Source: Bdellovibrionales bacterium
Lineage (GTDB): Bacteria; Bdellovibrionota; Bdellovibrionia; Bdellovibrionales; JAGQZY01
DNA: 64,000 nucleotides
Assembly: GCA_964230645.1 (NCBI GenBank)
Contig: CAXRHT010000002.1
Coordinates: 480,001 to 544,000, forward strand
Direction of reading: 5' to 3'
Both the position numbers and the translations under genes were made by a program. Numbering within the stretch: position 1 is the first letter of the stretch; every line of letters starts with the position of its first letter. The notes beneath the pieces were generated by a model. That model saw only the letters and a program-made list of their open reading frames with translations, made no database searches and was not told the origin of the DNA. Shown piece after piece: positions 10,306 to 19,196 of the stretch.

Positions 10306-12110
10306 TAGGCCGCCACCTTTTTGCTATCAAATTCAACAAGTACGAGCGTCACGTCATCATCAAGGGGAGTGTCCTTTCTGAAATCATTTAAAGTGCCAAA
10401 TACACTATCAACCGTAGCATTGACCTCTTGGGCGTTAATCTCTGATAAAGACTTGAGAAAACGTCTTTCACCAAAGAGATCTCCCTCGGGGCTCTTCACA
10501 TCTACGATACCATCAGTGTAAAAAATAATTTTATCGCCATCGGAAATACTCATCTGGTAATCCTCATACTCAGAGTCAGGATTTTCTCCCAGACGAGGAT
10601 TGTTGCATTCCATAAGAGGATAATAGTCTCTCCTCTTAGGTTTTCCTTCCACTTCATGACTGAGTAGAAAAGGTGGATCATGACTAGCATTACAGTAAGT
10701 CATCTCGTTGGTATCGAGATCAACAGCCGCAAGGAAAAAGGTCATCATCATCTCCCCTTTTGAGGTCGAGTAAATGGCTTTATTCAAAATAGAGAGAGCT
10801 TTTGCGGGAGTGACATCTGGAATTCCTTCAATCACCGACGCCACGGCTCGGGCGGCACTGGTCAAAAGTGCTGCCGGCACTCCGTGACCTGTGGCATCGC
10901 CAATCCATAAATAGACCTTGTTGCCCACTTGCGAATAATACCACCAGTCCCCTCCACACTCTGTGGCTGGAACGGAATTCCCGTAAAGGTTGATCGGCCC
11001 GATGGTCGCATCGTTTTTTGGAAAAAGAGTGTCTTGCACGGTGTGAGCTGTTTGAAGCTCTGCTTCCATTCGAGCATTTTCTGCGGTTTTCTCCATTAGG
11101 CGGGAGACTTCCTCAGTCATCTTATTAAAACTTTTGGCTAGAACACCAATTTCATCTTCGTTCTTTTCATCCACTCGTACACTAAAATCACCTTCCATAA
11201 TTTGGCTCGTGGCATCAGCTAAAGAGCGTAAGGCCACTGTTAGTGAGTTTGAAGCAAAAACTCCAACGATCACAAGACAGCAAAGAATGAGTCCAGCAAA
11301 GATAATTGAGCGCTTCATTAATGTACGAACCGCAGAGAGTGCTTTTTCTTTATTAACTAGAGAAACAACATAAAGGTGACCTTTTCCTACTTTGGAATAG
11401 GACGCCAAGTAGACATCATTTCCTAGCTTAGTCTCTTTTGTTCCCTCATGAAATTTGTTGTTGAAAACATTTTTTTCAAGGTAAGGTCGTAAATTGTTAA
11501 ATTTGTTTTGACCAGCCACACGACCTCGCATGGAATGAAACAAATAGTTGTCACTTCCCGATCCTTCTCCAAAAAGTGAAAAGAAGTTTGTATTCTCCAC
11601 CAGGATAACACTGACTAGATTATTAGACTTTGCTAATAAATAGAGATGCATGGGGTAATCTTCAGAAACGCCTATAGAAAACCCTGTGTACCAAGTTTCT
11701 CCTAAAAGTTTTTGAAGTCTGTCATTTTCTTTTTTTGAAAACTCTAAATCTTTACTAATATCATAGAGAGGTTCAAAGTTTTCTCCGTTCCACTTAAAAC
11801 TATGAAAGGCCTTAAGGTCAGGTTCTGATTTGAAGTAAGAAAAACCATTATTAGAAAGTTTTTTTGCATTAGGATCAAAGTTGGAATTAATCGCTTTTAG
11901 AGACTGTATATAACTATTAAGTTGGGAGTCGACTGTTGAAGCTTTTGCTCTCGCCGCAGATAAAGCTGTATCGTAGACATAGGCAAGTTTATCGTCTTCA
12001 AAAAGACTTGTTGCCATTGCAACCATCAATAAAATAGAGATCACTGGCAGCGTTGAGAGCACCAGTAAAATTTTATTCTTGATCGAAAGAGATTTTAATT
12101 GCAATTTCAT
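10305..12110 (-). CDS. Membrane sensor PP2C/SpoIIE phosphatase (periplasmic domain, HAMP, SpoIIE)
   Basis: Two TM segments, DEIGVLAKSFNKM HAMP, GGDWW, GDATGHGVPAA, YTDG and DDVT PP2C motifs. Confidence 0.93.
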   Translation of the reverse strand: MKLQLKSLSIKNKILLVLSTLPVISILLMVAMATSLFEDDKLAYVYDTALSAARAKASTVDSQLNSYIQSLKAINSNFDPNAKKLSNNGFSYFKSEPDLKAFHSFKWNGENFEPLYDISKDLEFSKKENDRLQKLLGETWYTGFSIGVSEDYPMHLYLLAKSNNLVSVILVENTNFFSLFGEGSGSDNYLFHSMRGRVAGQNKFNNLRPYLEKNVFNNKFHEGTKETKLGNDVYLASYSKVGKGHLYVVSLVNKEKALSAVRTLMKRSIIFAGLILCCLVIVGVFASNSLTVALRSLADATSQIMEGDFSVRVDEKNEDEIGVLAKSFNKMTEEVSRLMEKTAENARMEAELQTAHTVQDTLFPKNDATIGPINLYGNSVPATECGGDWWYYSQVGNKVYLWIGDATGHGVPAALLTSAARAVASVIEGIPDVTPAKALSILNKAIYSTSKGEMMMTFFLAAVDLDTNEMTYCNASHDPPFLLSHEVEGKPKRRDYYPLMECNNPRLGENPDSEYEDYQMSISDGDKIIFYTDGIVDVKSPEGDLFGERRFLKSLSEINAQEVNATVDSVFGTLNDFRKDTPLDDDVTLVLVEFDSKKVAA

Positions 12111-12117
12111 ACCCCTC

Positions 12118-12144
12118 TTTTCGGCACTTTTTTGAAAAAACTAA
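12118..12144 (-). promoter_or_regulatory. Sigma28/FliA-like promoter for the SpoIIE operon
   Basis: TTAG-N15-GCCGAAAA on the minus strand. Confidence 0.55.
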
Positions 12145-12184
12145 CCCCTCATTCTTTTTTTTTCATTTCTAGTCATTGGTCCAG

Positions 12185-12211
12185 CAAGCTTCTGAGGTTC
12201 TCAACCGATTA
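12185..12211 (+). promoter_or_regulatory. Sigma28/FliA-like promoter for the FecR-like gene
   Basis: CAAG-N15-ACCGATTA followed by AAGGAGA RBS and TTG at 12230. Confidence 0.5.
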
Positions 12212-12229
12212 AGATTCAAGGAGATAACT

Positions 12230-14107
12230 TTGAGTCAACATGCACGCCTAGAAAAATCAGATAAATGGATTGTCGGGATTACCTCGATTTGTGCCATGCT
12301 ATTGCTTTCCTGGCTTGTTCACGACATTCTCTACAACAATCCCCTATTAGAAGGTCAAAATAAAATCGGTGAAATTTTTCAAGTGCAGAATCGCGTGAAA
12401 AGAAAGTTTAGCCGTAGTCTTCTTTGGTACCCTGCCGCACAAAATGAAATCGTTTATGAAAATGACTGGATCTTTACTGGAAATGATTCCGTAGCGAAAA
12501 TTCGTTTAGATTCAGGTGATGAAATTGTCATTGAACCCGACTCACTTATTATATTGTCGCGTAAAAATGGTGTTCTCCAACTTGACTTACAACATGGTCA
12601 ACTTTTGGCTAATGTTAAGTCTAAAAACGTAAAAATTAACGTGACTCGTAACGGTAAAAAGCAAACCATCGATACCTCAAAAGGAAGCGTTAAGGTTGCT
12701 AAAAAAGTCGCTCAAGAATCTGAACCTGTTGTTGATCTCCTTGACCTCGATCAAGACAATGACGGGAAAGAAGACGTGACTCTTTCTCAACTTTCCGATC
12801 GCCGAAATTTTACTCCCAAAGAAGGCTTCACCGCTCTTCAGGAGAATGGCCTCTCTGTAAAGCAAGTGACTGTTAAAAAAGCCAAACTCTATGAAGGGCA
12901 AAAAACGACTGTTGATCTTGAGTGGGAAGATCCTTTTAAAAAATGGTCTTTATATAGTGTAGAAGTTTCTGATGACCCCGATTTTGAAACTGTTTTAGCT
13001 TCAGGAGAAATGAGTGAATCACCCTTTTCATTTGTTCATGGAAACAGTGGAAACTATTTTTGGCGCATTAAAGGGAGCGACAGTAAGGGAATTCAGTCCC
13101 CTTGGTCGAATAAGGCCATCGCTAATTTAGACATTCAGTTTCTTGAAAAATCTCAACCCCTTCGCCTGAGTCGAAATTCTTATCTCTACCAGATGGATCA
13201 AAAAGATTTTGAAACCGTTTTACCGGATCGATCTTTTAACACCAAAGAAAAGCCCATTAAAATTTCATGGGAAGAGCATGAGAAAGCAGCCGCCTATAAG
13301 GTGCAAGTCTCTGACCAAGAAAACTTTGAGAACATCCGTGAAGAAAAAATTGTAAAAGACAACCAGTGGGATCTAACCAACCTAAAGCTTGGAAAGACAT
13401 TTTTCCGTGTTGTGCCTGAAACAAAAGAAGGAATCGCTTTAGCCCAGCCTGCAACAGGGAAAGTAACCACCTACTTCCCCACTCCAAAAAGTCAAAGTCT
13501 TAAGACCAAACCCCAAGGGGACAAAAAGCAACTGCTAACTTGGGAGCCAGTGCCTTACGCTGAAGCTTATCAGGTAACCTATCAGACAGAACGTGACGGA
13601 AAACCAAAACGTCGAATAGTAAAAGACAACCAAGTGAAGATTACTAATAACTCCGGTTTTTTAAAGTGGAAGGTTCGAGTTGTTGATCCTGAGACCAAAA
13701 AGTCGATGAGCTCTAATTCAGACTCGGTGGATTGGTACCAAAAAGCTAAGAAATTAGCCAGTGTAAGTCCCGAAGAAGTCGGCCAGGCTCTACGTGCCGT
13801 TCCAGTGATCACCTCCCCGGCTCCTAGAAAAACATTTATTTCTCTTAATCGCTCCCCTCTCTTTATTGTGATGAATTGGAGTTATGAAGAAGAAGCCAAA
13901 GCCTTTGAAGTGGAAATTTCAAAAAATGCTGAAATGTCTGATCTTGTTTACAAAAAAAGAGTCCGCAACAAAAACCGTGCGGTGATCAATCAAGTGTTTG
14001 ACCCGGGCATTTACTTCCTAAGAGTTCGCGCCTCCAATGGCAATGTCCTTGATGAAGCCTGGTCTGAGACTGAAGTCTTTCGTGTCATCAACCGCAAAGC
14101 TAACTAA
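12230..14107 (+). CDS. FecR-domain membrane-anchored protein with Ig/Fn3-like domains
   Basis: TM helix, then DWIFTGNDSVAKIRL...IEPDSLI FecR pattern, then repeated W...Y.V.VS...F...YFWR beta-sandwich units; start reassigned to TTG 12230 after the RBS. Confidence 0.8.
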   Translation: MSQHARLEKSDKWIVGITSICAMLLLSWLVHDILYNNPLLEGQNKIGEIFQVQNRVKRKFSRSLLWYPAAQNEIVYENDWIFTGNDSVAKIRLDSGDEIVIEPDSLIILSRKNGVLQLDLQHGQLLANVKSKNVKINVTRNGKKQTIDTSKGSVKVAKKVAQESEPVVDLLDLDQDNDGKEDVTLSQLSDRRNFTPKEGFTALQENGLSVKQVTVKKAKLYEGQKTTVDLEWEDPFKKWSLYSVEVSDDPDFETVLASGEMSESPFSFVHGNSGNYFWRIKGSDSKGIQSPWSNKAIANLDIQFLEKSQPLRLSRNSYLYQMDQKDFETVLPDRSFNTKEKPIKISWEEHEKAAAYKVQVSDQENFENIREEKIVKDNQWDLTNLKLGKTFFRVVPETKEGIALAQPATGKVTTYFPTPKSQSLKTKPQGDKKQLLTWEPVPYAEAYQVTYQTERDGKPKRRIVKDNQVKITNNSGFLKWKVRVVDPETKKSMSSNSDSVDWYQKAKKLASVSPEEVGQALRAVPVITSPAPRKTFISLNRSPLFIVMNWSYEEEAKAFEVEISKNAEMSDLVYKKRVRNKNRAVINQVFDPGIYFLRVRASNGNVLDEAWSETEVFRVINRKAN

Positions 14108-14118
14108 AATTCTCGAAT

Positions 14119-14538
14119 ATCGTCCTGGAAGCAAATTGTCGTCCTGAGGCTCTCCCTCAAATTGTCGTCCTGAGGCTCTCCCTCAAATTGTCGTCCTGAG
14201 GCGAAGCCGAAGGACCTGTCGAGCTTCGATCAAAGTCCTCGGCTCCCCATACTTCCATTTATAATAAATCTCCTCAGGGCCGGCATCCATGCCTTGCTGG
14301 TGTTTCGCCCTGCGGGCGAAAACGCGTCACGCTCACCAGAGCCCTTTAGAGAATTATTATAAATGGAAGCATGGGGATCGTGGCTTGAACGGAACTTCTA
14401 TTTGAAAAGCCTTTCTTTATAGCTTTCGTTTTAGTCAATGTTCGAGCAAGCTTCGACAGGTCCTTCGGCTTCGCCTCAGGACGACATGTTGGAGGCCCAG
14501 GACGACATGGATCGGAAGCAGGACGACATTGATCGGAA
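14119..14538. repeat. Composite REP-like element: outer 34-bp inverted pair with flanking tandem arrays and a nested inner palindrome
   Basis: TGTCGTCCTGAGGCGAAGCCGAAGGACCTGTCGA at 14189-14222 and its reverse complement at 14453-14486; 26-bp units at 14132/14158/14184; CAGGACGACA at 14477/14498/14519; inner imperfect IR 14244-14280 / 14341-14377. Confidence 0.9.
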
Positions 14539-14691
14539 GAAAGAGGGAAAACCGGTCCTTCACCCCAATAGCTGCCCTGTTTTTACGCAATTACCTAAGC
14601 TATGATGCAGCAAGCAGTAGAATTGTTGGCCTCTCGCCTGTCCGTTCTGGTAAGTAATTCAGCTCATTACATACTAAGGAGACAATGGCTC

Positions 14692-15015
14692 ATGGATCAG
14701 CAATCAGCGAGTGCTTACAAGTGGTGGTTAATGGTTCCCCTTTTTCTTGTTTTCGCCTTCTTTTTTCCAAGATTGTTGGCAAATAGTTTAGGCCCCGATA
14801 ACCCATGGACCAGCTATCTTTACCTTTATGGCTTTGGCTTTTTCTACACTGGCTCAGGCCTTCTCCTTGTTACAAAAACGGGAGCTTGTAACTTCAACCG
14901 TCAGCGCGACCTTTTCTGGTTTAAAATCGTTGTGGGTGGATTCTTTTATTTTGCAGCTCTCCATGCCGTCTGGATTTATCTTGGCCTGTCCATTCCCTAC
15001 CTAGGAGGTCAATAA
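14692..15015 (+). CDS. Small membrane protein coupled to the symporter
   Basis: About three hydrophobic segments; TAATG overlap with the SSS start; AAGGAG upstream of ATG 14692. Confidence 0.7.
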   Translation: MDQQSASAYKWWLMVPLFLVFAFFFPRLLANSLGPDNPWTSYLYLYGFGFFYTGSGLLLVTKTGACNFNRQRDLFWFKIVVGGFFYFAALHAVWIYLGLSIPYLGGQ

Positions 15016-16919
15016 TGGGATCATTTGGTATTACCCTCACCTCCGGTGCCGTAATGGCGATCTCCATTGTGGCTGTGGTTTATGTGGCCGTGATCACTCT
15101 TTTTGGTGGTTACTTCGCTCGCTTCAATAAAAACATTAACGACTTCTTCTACTCGGGTAACCGCTTCTCATGGTGGCTCCCGGCGGCCAGTATGGTCGCT
15201 ACCGGGATTGGCTCTTATAGTTATCTAAAATACTCCGAGCAGGGTTACAACACGGGCATGAGCTCAACCATGACTTACCTCAACGATTGGTTCCTGGCTC
15301 CCTTCTTTATTTTTGGTTGGCTCCCTATTATTTATTTTGCCAGAATCAAATCCGTTCCCGAGTATTTCGAAAGACGTTTTAATTCGGCCGCCCGTTATAT
15401 CGCCTTAACAATTATCCTCGCCTATATGTTCTTCTACATTGGCTACAACCTCTACACTATTGGTGTGGCCCTTGAGGGAATGTTTCAAGTTTCTCAGCTT
15501 TGGAGTGTTCCTATACTTGCCGCCTTCCTGGGTGCTTACGTAACTTTCGGTGGACAGACTGCTGTTATTTTTACGGATCTCTTTCAAGGAGTGATGCTTT
15601 ACATCGCTGGCTTCCTCGCTATTTTCGCGGGAATTTATGCCCTTGGTGGTTTTGATGACTGGTGGTCTTACCTCCCCATTTCTCACAGACTTCCCTTTGT
15701 CCATTTAAGTGAAAATCCAAAGTTCAATTCTGCCGGTCTTTTCTGGGGAGAAGCTTTGGCTGGAAGTATTGCCTTCACTTTCATGAACCAAGGTTTCTTA
15801 ATGCGCTACCTGACCATCAAAAGTGTGCACGACGGTAGAAAAGCGGCCTTCTTTAATGTGATGGTCACTCTCCCCGTTTCAGCCATTATCGTTGGAGCCA
15901 TTGGTTGGATTGGAAAATCCTTAGTGGTTAAACAAGCCGTGACTGGTGGAGCTCTTGCTGGTTACGATTTTGTGGATATTGAAAACACCTTCCACACCTT
16001 TATTGTAGTGTGCTGGACTACGGTTCATCAAAATCCTTGGGTTTTTGGATTTATTGTGGCAGCCCTTATGGCAGCCCTAATGTCGACGATCGACACTCTG
16101 ATCAACGCCTGTGCGGCCATTGGTATTTACGATCTTTATAAGCCTCTTATTATGCCTGAAGCCTCCGACGAGCATTACCTCAAAGCCGCTCGCTGGGCCT
16201 CAATCATCACAACTGTCATAGGAACTGTGCTGGTGATTTGGTTTAACACCCAAAAGGGAAGTTTGATGTCCATTCACTACAAGGGTATCATGATTATTAT
16301 CCCGGCCATTGTGACCACAATTTTTATGGGTGCGTTCTGGAAAAGATTTAACTCCATTGCGGCCTGTGTTTCGATGCTCGCAGGAAGTTTAATCACTGTT
16401 ATTACAGTTTGGTTTCCAAGCCCCATTCGACCGCTTTCTTGGTTTCTTTCAGGCCCCCTTGATGGCGACTTTATTTATTTCCGTGCTCTTTTTGGAATGA
16501 TCATTACAGCCATTATTGGTTTTGTTGTGACAATGCTTACAAGCGGTAAAGAAGATAAAGATGTCACAGGTCTTACCATCGACACCTTGGATAAAGCCAT
16601 GAGTGACTATAAAGATGGGGGCATTCCTAACCACGAAGTGGGTGAAAAAGTTCATGGTCTTAACTTTCAGGAAAAAGCCGATACCGAGAAAGATTGGATC
16701 GAGCTCTCTCAAGGAAGCATGGATTTATTAGAAGCCAAAGATGGTGACATCGTTTATCTCTCTGATAGTCGTTGGTGGCTTGGTGGACTTCGCTCCTATC
16801 ATATGAAAGCTAAAACGAATCCGGCTCTTTCTGATGAAGAAGTGGCTATGTCCAAGGAGACTTTCGAGGAGGCTTATTTCCTTGAGAAATACACTCTTGT
16901 GGCTGAGAAGATTATCTAA
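15015..16919 (+). CDS. Sodium:solute symporter (SSS/SLC5 family)
   Basis: DFFYSGNRFSWW, SVPEYFERRF, YVTFGGQTAVIFTD, AALMSTID motifs; about 13 TM segments. Confidence 0.92.
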   Translation: MGSFGITLTSGAVMAISIVAVVYVAVITLFGGYFARFNKNINDFFYSGNRFSWWLPAASMVATGIGSYSYLKYSEQGYNTGMSSTMTYLNDWFLAPFFIFGWLPIIYFARIKSVPEYFERRFNSAARYIALTIILAYMFFYIGYNLYTIGVALEGMFQVSQLWSVPILAAFLGAYVTFGGQTAVIFTDLFQGVMLYIAGFLAIFAGIYALGGFDDWWSYLPISHRLPFVHLSENPKFNSAGLFWGEALAGSIAFTFMNQGFLMRYLTIKSVHDGRKAAFFNVMVTLPVSAIIVGAIGWIGKSLVVKQAVTGGALAGYDFVDIENTFHTFIVVCWTTVHQNPWVFGFIVAALMAALMSTIDTLINACAAIGIYDLYKPLIMPEASDEHYLKAARWASIITTVIGTVLVIWFNTQKGSLMSIHYKGIMIIIPAIVTTIFMGAFWKRFNSIAACVSMLAGSLITVITVWFPSPIRPLSWFLSGPLDGDFIYFRALFGMIITAIIGFVVTMLTSGKEDKDVTGLTIDTLDKAMSDYKDGGIPNHEVGEKVHGLNFQEKADTEKDWIELSQGSMDLLEAKDGDIVYLSDSRWWLGGLRSYHMKAKTNPALSDEEVAMSKETFEEAYFLEKYTLVAEKII

Positions 16920-16985
16920 TCTTTTTGGTTCTGCTTAGGGCCTTGGGGTTTTGCTGGGGCCTTTCTCGGGAAACTAAATCGGGGG

Positions 16986-17173
16986 CCCTTTGAGAGTCTC
17001 CAAATTCTGTAAAAATGTTTTCAAAACTTTGTGCCGAGGCACGCACCCGGGTGCACTTCGTCTCCCGCAAGGTAACACTGCGTGCTACCTTGCAAGATAC
17101 GCAGCGCTCGTTGCTCGAGCCCCGGCACAAAGTTTCGAAAACATTTTTACAGAATTTGGAGACTCTCAAAGGG
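16986..17173. mobile_element. MITE-like palindromic element with 51-bp terminal inverted repeats
   Basis: 16986-17036 vs 17123-17173 with one mismatch; internal GCAAGGTA..TACCTTGC hairpin; no credible coding capacity. Confidence 0.7.
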
Positions 17174-17217
17174 TGATTTCAACCCCAGGTGAGCTATCAA
17201 AAGTATAAACAGCTGTG

Positions 17218-17356
17218 TGACGAAAATTGTCGAAGCTCGCTTGCGCTGGCCTCTGAAGGGGTGTTGCTTTTCTTAAAACCCCTAACTTATTGTTTTTACT
17301 AAATATCTTCTTCATGGAAATATTTGAAAGGCTTTTGATTTGGCACGGTTCATGTA
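17218..17356 (+). promoter_or_regulatory. Candidate sigma54 promoter with IHF-like site and upstream dyad
   Basis: TGGCACG at 17341 with a degenerate -12 (ATGT); IHF-like site at 17283-17295; TGACGAAAATTGTCG dyad at 17218-17232. Confidence 0.35.
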
Positions 17357-17362
17357 CCTCCT

Positions 17363-18388
17363 ATGTATATGAAACACTCAAACAAATTTGCATTCTACTT
17401 TATTCTCGGAGCCAACTTTCTTCTCGCTTCTATCTTTTTAACTGGCTGTGGAGACGACCCTAGTCCTGCTCAGAACGAGCCGGCGGTGATTGAAGAGTCC
17501 GAAGGTGGACTGGCTTTGATAGAAAGAGAGTTCGGTGAATGTGATCCTAATGAAATCCCACAAGAGGATAATCCTCGCTTTCGTGCTCAAGAGCAATCAA
17601 GCCGACATAGTTACTCAGCTAGGCAGCAGTCTTACATAGTTAGCAGTGCTTTTCCTCACGAGTTTAATAGCCTTGGAGAGATGTATCCTAATCGTGGAAG
17701 CTGGCGTCAGTCTAAAGATGAAATTATGGATATCGTCGATCGCTATATATATGACCCGCAAGTTGGTCGAGCCGTTCCTATGCTTAAATTTTTCGATATG
17801 GTTTTAATGATTAATGTAGCTGATCGTCAAAATGGTGATCCTGAAAATAGTTCAGCTCAACGTATGCAAGTTTATGTGCGCTCGAGTGGATCTCACCTTC
17901 TTGAAGATTGGGACCTTATCAAAACTTGGCCTATTTCCTCAGGGAATCCTTGCGGAGAAAAAATAGCGACACCGACAGGCGTTTTTAAACTCGACCCAAG
18001 TGACGGACGTTTTACTCCCAGTTATTTTTCCAGACAATTTGATAATGTCGATATGTTTGAAACTATGTTTCTCTACCACGCCTATCAAGATGGTAGACAA
18101 ACAGGGGTTGCTATCCATGGAACCTATAAAACCTCCATCTTAGGACGAAGAGATTCTGGTGGTTGTATTCGGCTTTACAGAGAAAATTCACAATGCCTTT
18201 TTAATTCCATCATCGGACAGGGAAATAAATGTCTTGGTGATGATCGCAATCACTACATGGGACAGGTACCAAGTTTCTTGCCTCGTAATGGTGAGGCTGA
18301 GCCTGAGTATTTGAGTTCTGGGGCGCTGACAGTGTCAGGGATCAAAGTTCTTGTGGCTATTTATGATGATAAAAATGATCGACTTTAA
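17363..18388 (+). CDS. L,D-transpeptidase (YkuD family) lipoprotein
   Basis: LTGC lipobox; WPISSG..TPTGVF and AIHGT...LGRRDSGGCIRL catalytic His/Cys motif. Confidence 0.85.
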   Translation: MYMKHSNKFAFYFILGANFLLASIFLTGCGDDPSPAQNEPAVIEESEGGLALIEREFGECDPNEIPQEDNPRFRAQEQSSRHSYSARQQSYIVSSAFPHEFNSLGEMYPNRGSWRQSKDEIMDIVDRYIYDPQVGRAVPMLKFFDMVLMINVADRQNGDPENSSAQRMQVYVRSSGSHLLEDWDLIKTWPISSGNPCGEKIATPTGVFKLDPSDGRFTPSYFSRQFDNVDMFETMFLYHAYQDGRQTGVAIHGTYKTSILGRRDSGGCIRLYRENSQCLFNSIIGQGNKCLGDDRNHYMGQVPSFLPRNGEAEPEYLSSGALTVSGIKVLVAIYDDKNDRL

Positions 18389-18412
18389 TTAATAAACTTT
18401 AAGGAGTTTAAC

Positions 18413-18934
18413 GTGAAAAAAATTATGAGCCTATTTTTAGCTAGCTTTGTTGTCCTTGCGCTCGCTAACTGTGGTAGCGATGACAGTCCCGCTCCCGCTC
18501 CTCCGGCTCCGGCTGGTGGTGTCGCTGATGGTGCTGAAGGCATTCATTTTGAAGGAGATAACGAAAGCATTTCTTGGACCAATTCTAGAAACGACATTTA
18601 TGTTGGTGACGGAAGTGACGACTGCGTTTACGGTCTCAACCAAGGAGCTGATGACGATCTTGTGAGTCAAAGAATTCTGCGCTTAGAATCCCTTTTAAAT
18701 TCTGGAAACGTCGCTCGAGGGACAGCACAGAGTGCTTCTAACAACTCTCGTTACTTGACCATCGACTACTCCAATGGAGAGTCTAAAACTTACAACTTGG
18801 ATCCTGATCTTGCTTCAAGCGATGAGGAGTATCTCAGTAATGGAGACCAGATTGTGGCTTATTACGATCAAGTGGCCAACGACCTCGAAGAGTACGGACA
18901 AGAGAACTGCTCTTATGGAAAAGGTGACAAATAA
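18413..18934 (+). CDS. Hypothetical acidic lipoprotein
   Basis: LANC lipobox, Pro/Ala linker, AAGGAG RBS; likely cotranscribed with the LDT. Confidence 0.8.
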   Translation: MKKIMSLFLASFVVLALANCGSDDSPAPAPPAPAGGVADGAEGIHFEGDNESISWTNSRNDIYVGDGSDDCVYGLNQGADDDLVSQRILRLESLLNSGNVARGTAQSASNNSRYLTIDYSNGESKTYNLDPDLASSDEEYLSNGDQIVAYYDQVANDLEEYGQENCSYGKGDK

Positions 18935-18961
18935 TAAGAAAACCAAATGAAATAATATCTT

Positions 18962-18993
18962 AAAAAGGCTCCCCCTATAGGAGTCTTTTTTTT
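18962..18993 (+). terminator. Rho-independent terminator
   Basis: AGGCTCC-loop-GGAGTCT followed by a T tract. Confidence 0.75.
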
Positions 18994-19196
18994 GTAGTTT
19001 CTACCAAGCCGCATGATGCGAAGCGTCCCCTCCCCCTTCCCTTTTAAATGAGAGGTTGCACCCTCAACTTTAACCCACCCTAATCACTACTCTTTTTTGG
19101 ATAACTCTTGTTTATAGTGGCAATAAAGAATGGTGTTTTGTCTTTTCCCCCGAAAGCCTTCAAATTTTCCACTCTTAAAAAAGAGGGAGTCTTCGA

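Noticed and set aside
16912..17208. Mirror ORFs starting MRVSKFCKNVF on both strands
   Set aside because: By-product of the 51-bp inverted repeat; no RBS or protein-like features.
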